Positions 23,363 through 27,016 of a DNA stretch of 27,016 bases are shown here, piece after piece. The stretch covers positions 62,001-89,016 of the forward strand of contig KZ538274.1 of assembly GCA_000934665.2 (NCBI GenBank). The letters are read 5' to 3'. Source of the DNA: Catajapyx aquilonaris. Lineage: Eukaryota. The notes under the pieces are model-generated. The model ran no database searches. It saw nothing but the letters and a program-made list of their open reading frames with translations, and had not been told where the DNA came from. The translations under genes were made by a program, and so were the position numbers. The first letter of the stretch is position 1; the number at the start of each line of letters is the position of its first letter.

Positions 23363-26300
23363 TCAGTTTCTGGCTTTTGGATTGACGAGGTGCATTAGCC
23401 TCCTAGGTTTAGTCTTAGCCTTGATAATGAGATAGTCTTTGAATCCGCCCACATAATCTACTTGCAACCTCTGGGCAGACATCACCATGGACATCAGCTC
23501 TTGAACTGCTTCCTCCGGTACCATCCTGATGTGCAGCACAAGAAAAGATCCCATCCATTTGTCCCTAATAAGTTGTCCCAAGTGCTGACCCTGTTTGGGG
23601 CTCAATTTTATCCTCACCAGAGAAAGCAACTTCAGCTTTGGAAGAGCCAAGATCATGCTTTCCAAAAGCCACGCTCTGCAATCAGAACTACATGGGGAAA
23701 TACATTAATTTTACTCACAGAAAATGTCAAATGTAAACTGACCTGTTCTGGGACATGTTAGGGTTCTGCATGTTGTTGACATGCAGATGGGTGATCCTCT
23801 CACATTGCCTCAGGCTCTTCTCCACTTCCTTTGCTGTCTTCTTGGGTTCCTGTAGTAAGAACTGCCAGTGTTGCAGATGCAGCCTCTCCAATGTTCGTCC
23901 ATAAGACTTGGCCAAAGCACCAAAAAATCCTCTACACATCTCATCATCCAGAAACAGATGGCCATGATTCAGAACTGGTGGTGACACACTCAAATTAAGT
24001 TCTTTGAGGGCAGGACACCATGTTAGGGCAGGAAGAAGGAGACCTCCATTTAGCATGACCCTATTTTCTCCTAGAGTCAGCTCAGCCTGGTCCAGATTCA
24101 GTTGCCTTATGCATGTTGCTGATGGCAGTGAACGACATAATGATTGAAGCTGCTCTCGGGTCATTCCAGATGTTGGAATCTCAATATGGACACGTGTCTC
24201 TGCAATTTCCAATTCTTCTAATCTACTGGAAGTAAGCAGACGTGAAAAGACATCAACTGAACGGGATTCTTTCAGTTCAATGGTCCATCCTGAGATGTCC
24301 AAGTGATGCAAGACTTCGTTGCCACACAAGCTCCTGCAGAACAACTGGAAAGTAGTGTCATCCAGTAAAATATTTCTTGATCGGAGAACCAGAGATTTGA
24401 TTGTTCTATTCTGGCTGATGGCAACTATCAAAGGCAGTAGAGATTCTAGGTTTTGATCTACCAGCTCAAAAGACTCCAGGGTTTTGGTTTTTCTAAGGGC
24501 CTCTCCAAGACAAGCAAAGTCTGTTTTGTCCAGGTAACACTCTTTAAGGTCTAAGCGAGTCAGGCGACAGCTTGAGTGCTTTAAAGTAGCAAATAGATGA
24601 TGGAAGCCACTGTCATGAGAGACACACACTGGTAGAGGTATGCGGCATGATTTGGTCATCCCAGGAGGCATAGGTATTTTCAGGTCTAAAAAATGAAGTA
24701 TGATTATATTAATTATCCCATAATCATAAAGCCTCGAGCCAATAAACATACCAAGATAACCTGTGCCCTTGAGGAAATGAAGCTTGGCAGCATTTCCATC
24801 ACCAAACAGGTGGTTGAATGATGTGAATTCTAGGCGGTCTGATGATAAGACAACCCTGCCTGGATTTGGTGAAGATGCTCTTGGTGATGCTTCATTTCTA
24901 CACCCACATGGACATCCTACTTCTCCCTGAAAAGTTACAATGTGTTATTTATGGCAGATTACTTAAAAATTGTTGAGACACTGACCTCTTCCTTAATTTC
25001 TTCATCGTCCACTACCCGACTCCTTCTCCTTGCTTCCTTTGGAAGCAGTGCGTTTAAATCTTTGAGGTCAGTTGGTGACCCAGGTTGGTGTTCACCACCA
25101 GCACTTGGAAGCAGATTCCACACGTTGCTCCTGTTCAGAGACACTAACAAAAAGGTTTATTAGGATATTGTCACAGGTTGCTGACTGGTTAAGCTCACCT
25201 GTTAATTCCGACAGTGCTGGATGATGAGCTAGGAGAGCAGCAATAGACTGGAACCCCCTGACCCCACACCAAATCTTGGAGAGGACCAAGTGACGCAGGT
25301 TTGGCATCCCCAACAACACAGCTTGCTTCAGTTGCCTTAGCTGACCACTATCCAAGTCCACTTCTAAGGTCAGGCTCTGCAGTGATTCTGGACGGTTCAC
25401 TCTCACAGACGCAGCAATGGTGTCTACTATAGGTTGTGACACACTTTCCTCCAAACTATCATCTTCAGCCGCTCCTGTCCTGATTGGTCCTTTCAGAACA
25501 AAGTTCCTGAGATTCTTTTTCCTCAATGCTAGACCTACGTAGTGACTCCAACGTTGTAGTTCGGCAGATGTCATTTCCGCATGGTACGGAAACTCTAGAG
25601 TGAGACTGTCCACACTCAGATTAACAGCCAGAGCAGTGAAGAAATTCTCAAGGTTCTCCTCTGAACAAGGCTGAGTACGACGAAACTCAAGTGTCTTAAC
25701 TATACATGATGGATCAGCAATCACATGTCCCCAACCTTCAAGCTCAACATCACCTGAATATACGGTTATGACCTCTTGATCCATACTGGAAGCAACAGAA
25801 GATGCACTCTGGGGTAATGTTCCAGATTCTTTGAGAAGATCAAACATGAACACTGGTGGCAAGTTGAAGTCAGACACTAGTGGAAGATATCTGTGTGCAT
25901 CTTCACCTAAAAGTCCCATCAGGAACTTCAGGACCAAGAAACGGCTTGGTACATGCCTGGAGGTTGGTTCAAGACGTTTTAATTCTTGACGCAATGTGGA
26001 CGAATCCTCATCGTTTTTGACTAGTGATCGCAAATAGTATGCTGCTAAAAATTCTATAAACATAGAATGTAGTGGTTGATAGCATTCACCCTGGCCACCA
26101 CTTGCTGCCTTACTCTTGGCACAGAGTTCATACCGCTTCACCAGAAAATCCAAGTCAGTCACAGCACTGACTTCCTCTCTGGTAAAATGTGTTCGATTGA
26201 TCAACAGTGCCTCAAGACACAATCGGCCAAACTGACACAACATCTGCTCATGATCAGCTGAAATTGTGTTTCCACCTGGTGAGGACACACCTCGACCATT

Positions 26301-27016
26301 TCGAATTAGGTTGCGGCTCAGGAGACAGCGTATTAATGACAGGTACACATCTGTCATACGTTGGGGAAGTCGTTGTCCTTCATCCTCAAAAAAGACACAT
26401 ATCAGCTGACACATTAGTGGGCAGGTGCTCAGTGAGCGGTAAACAGAGTACTGAGAGTCGAATATTATGCGGGTCAACTCTTGACCTGATAATGGATTGT
26501 GAGCGCCAGCAAAATACTTAGACACAAAGTTGCGCACCTGTTGAGAGTTAAAATACCAATTTTAAACAACTCGGTTCAGTGAGGATGCAGAAGAATGGAA
26601 ATGAAAGCCTTACTTGTTCATCTGAAAACCCCTGAAGAACAACCCTGGTAGGGAATGCACGCAGTAAGTCATGTCCAGAGTGTAGTGGCCTGGAGGTAAC
26701 CACCACTCCAACTCTCTGAAGAAGTTGACCTCTCACCAGGGAATTGATTGGTCCAGCATGTTCCTCAGCCAGCTCATCCAATCCATCCAACAGAAACAAG
26801 ACCCTATCTTGGTTGTTGACTACATAGCTCCACAAAGCCTCCCTCATGGGTGCCTCATCCTCCTGAGGATAACGCTCCTTGAATATATATCCCTGCAAAT
26901 CACCCCTGAAATCCCTTAGCTGCACCAGGAACACCAGCACAAACGACTGTAGGTATGGTGCACCACGTGCCCAATCTGTGCATAGTCGGATGGCCAGAGT
27001 GGTCTTTCCATATCCA
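23363..27016 (-). CDS. NACHT-LRR (NLR-like) protein, 5' partial; exons >27016-26614, 26537-25199, 25143-24986, 24926-24752, 24685-23743, 23675-23363
   Basis: Walker A GYGKTTLAIRLCTDWARG at the window edge, Walker B VLFLLDGLDE, sensor VVVTSRP, LQGFS, CPLMCQLIC, winged-helix QPLHSMFIEFLAAYYL, LKFLMGLL, then ribonuclease-inhibitor-like LRRs (LTRLDLKEC, LHHLDISG, LKELNLS). All introns GT-AG with consistent phases. Confidence 0.92.

Overview
Eukaryotic (animal, most likely non-dipteran arthropod) genomic DNA with short GT-AG introns. In order: (1) the last two coding exons and long AT-rich 3' UTR of a Cav2/cacophony voltage-gated calcium channel alpha-1 gene (+, ends ...SESDEDDWC at 2163); (2) an unrecognised 6-exon gene of about 397 aa (-, 5865-8200) with consistent splice phases and a Lys-rich tail; (3) a complete 5-exon DNAJC21 gene (-, 8576-11456) whose intron 2 holds a tRNA-derived SINE and a Harbinger-like MITE; (4) a ~12 kb intergenic block (11.5-23.3 kb) unusually dense in long inverted repeats, with nested DNA transposons (a hAT derivative inside a foldback element inside another TIR element), SINEs, a mariner-like MITE, two nearly loop-less hairpins, a pair of pre-miRNA-sized hairpins and an old local duplication retaining an exon-like unit; (5) the 3' part of a NACHT-LRR (NLR-like) gene (-, 23363 to beyond the window end). 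The best candidate for something undescribed is a possible spliced hairpin-RNA locus transcribed divergently from DNAJC21; this is inference, not demonstrated.
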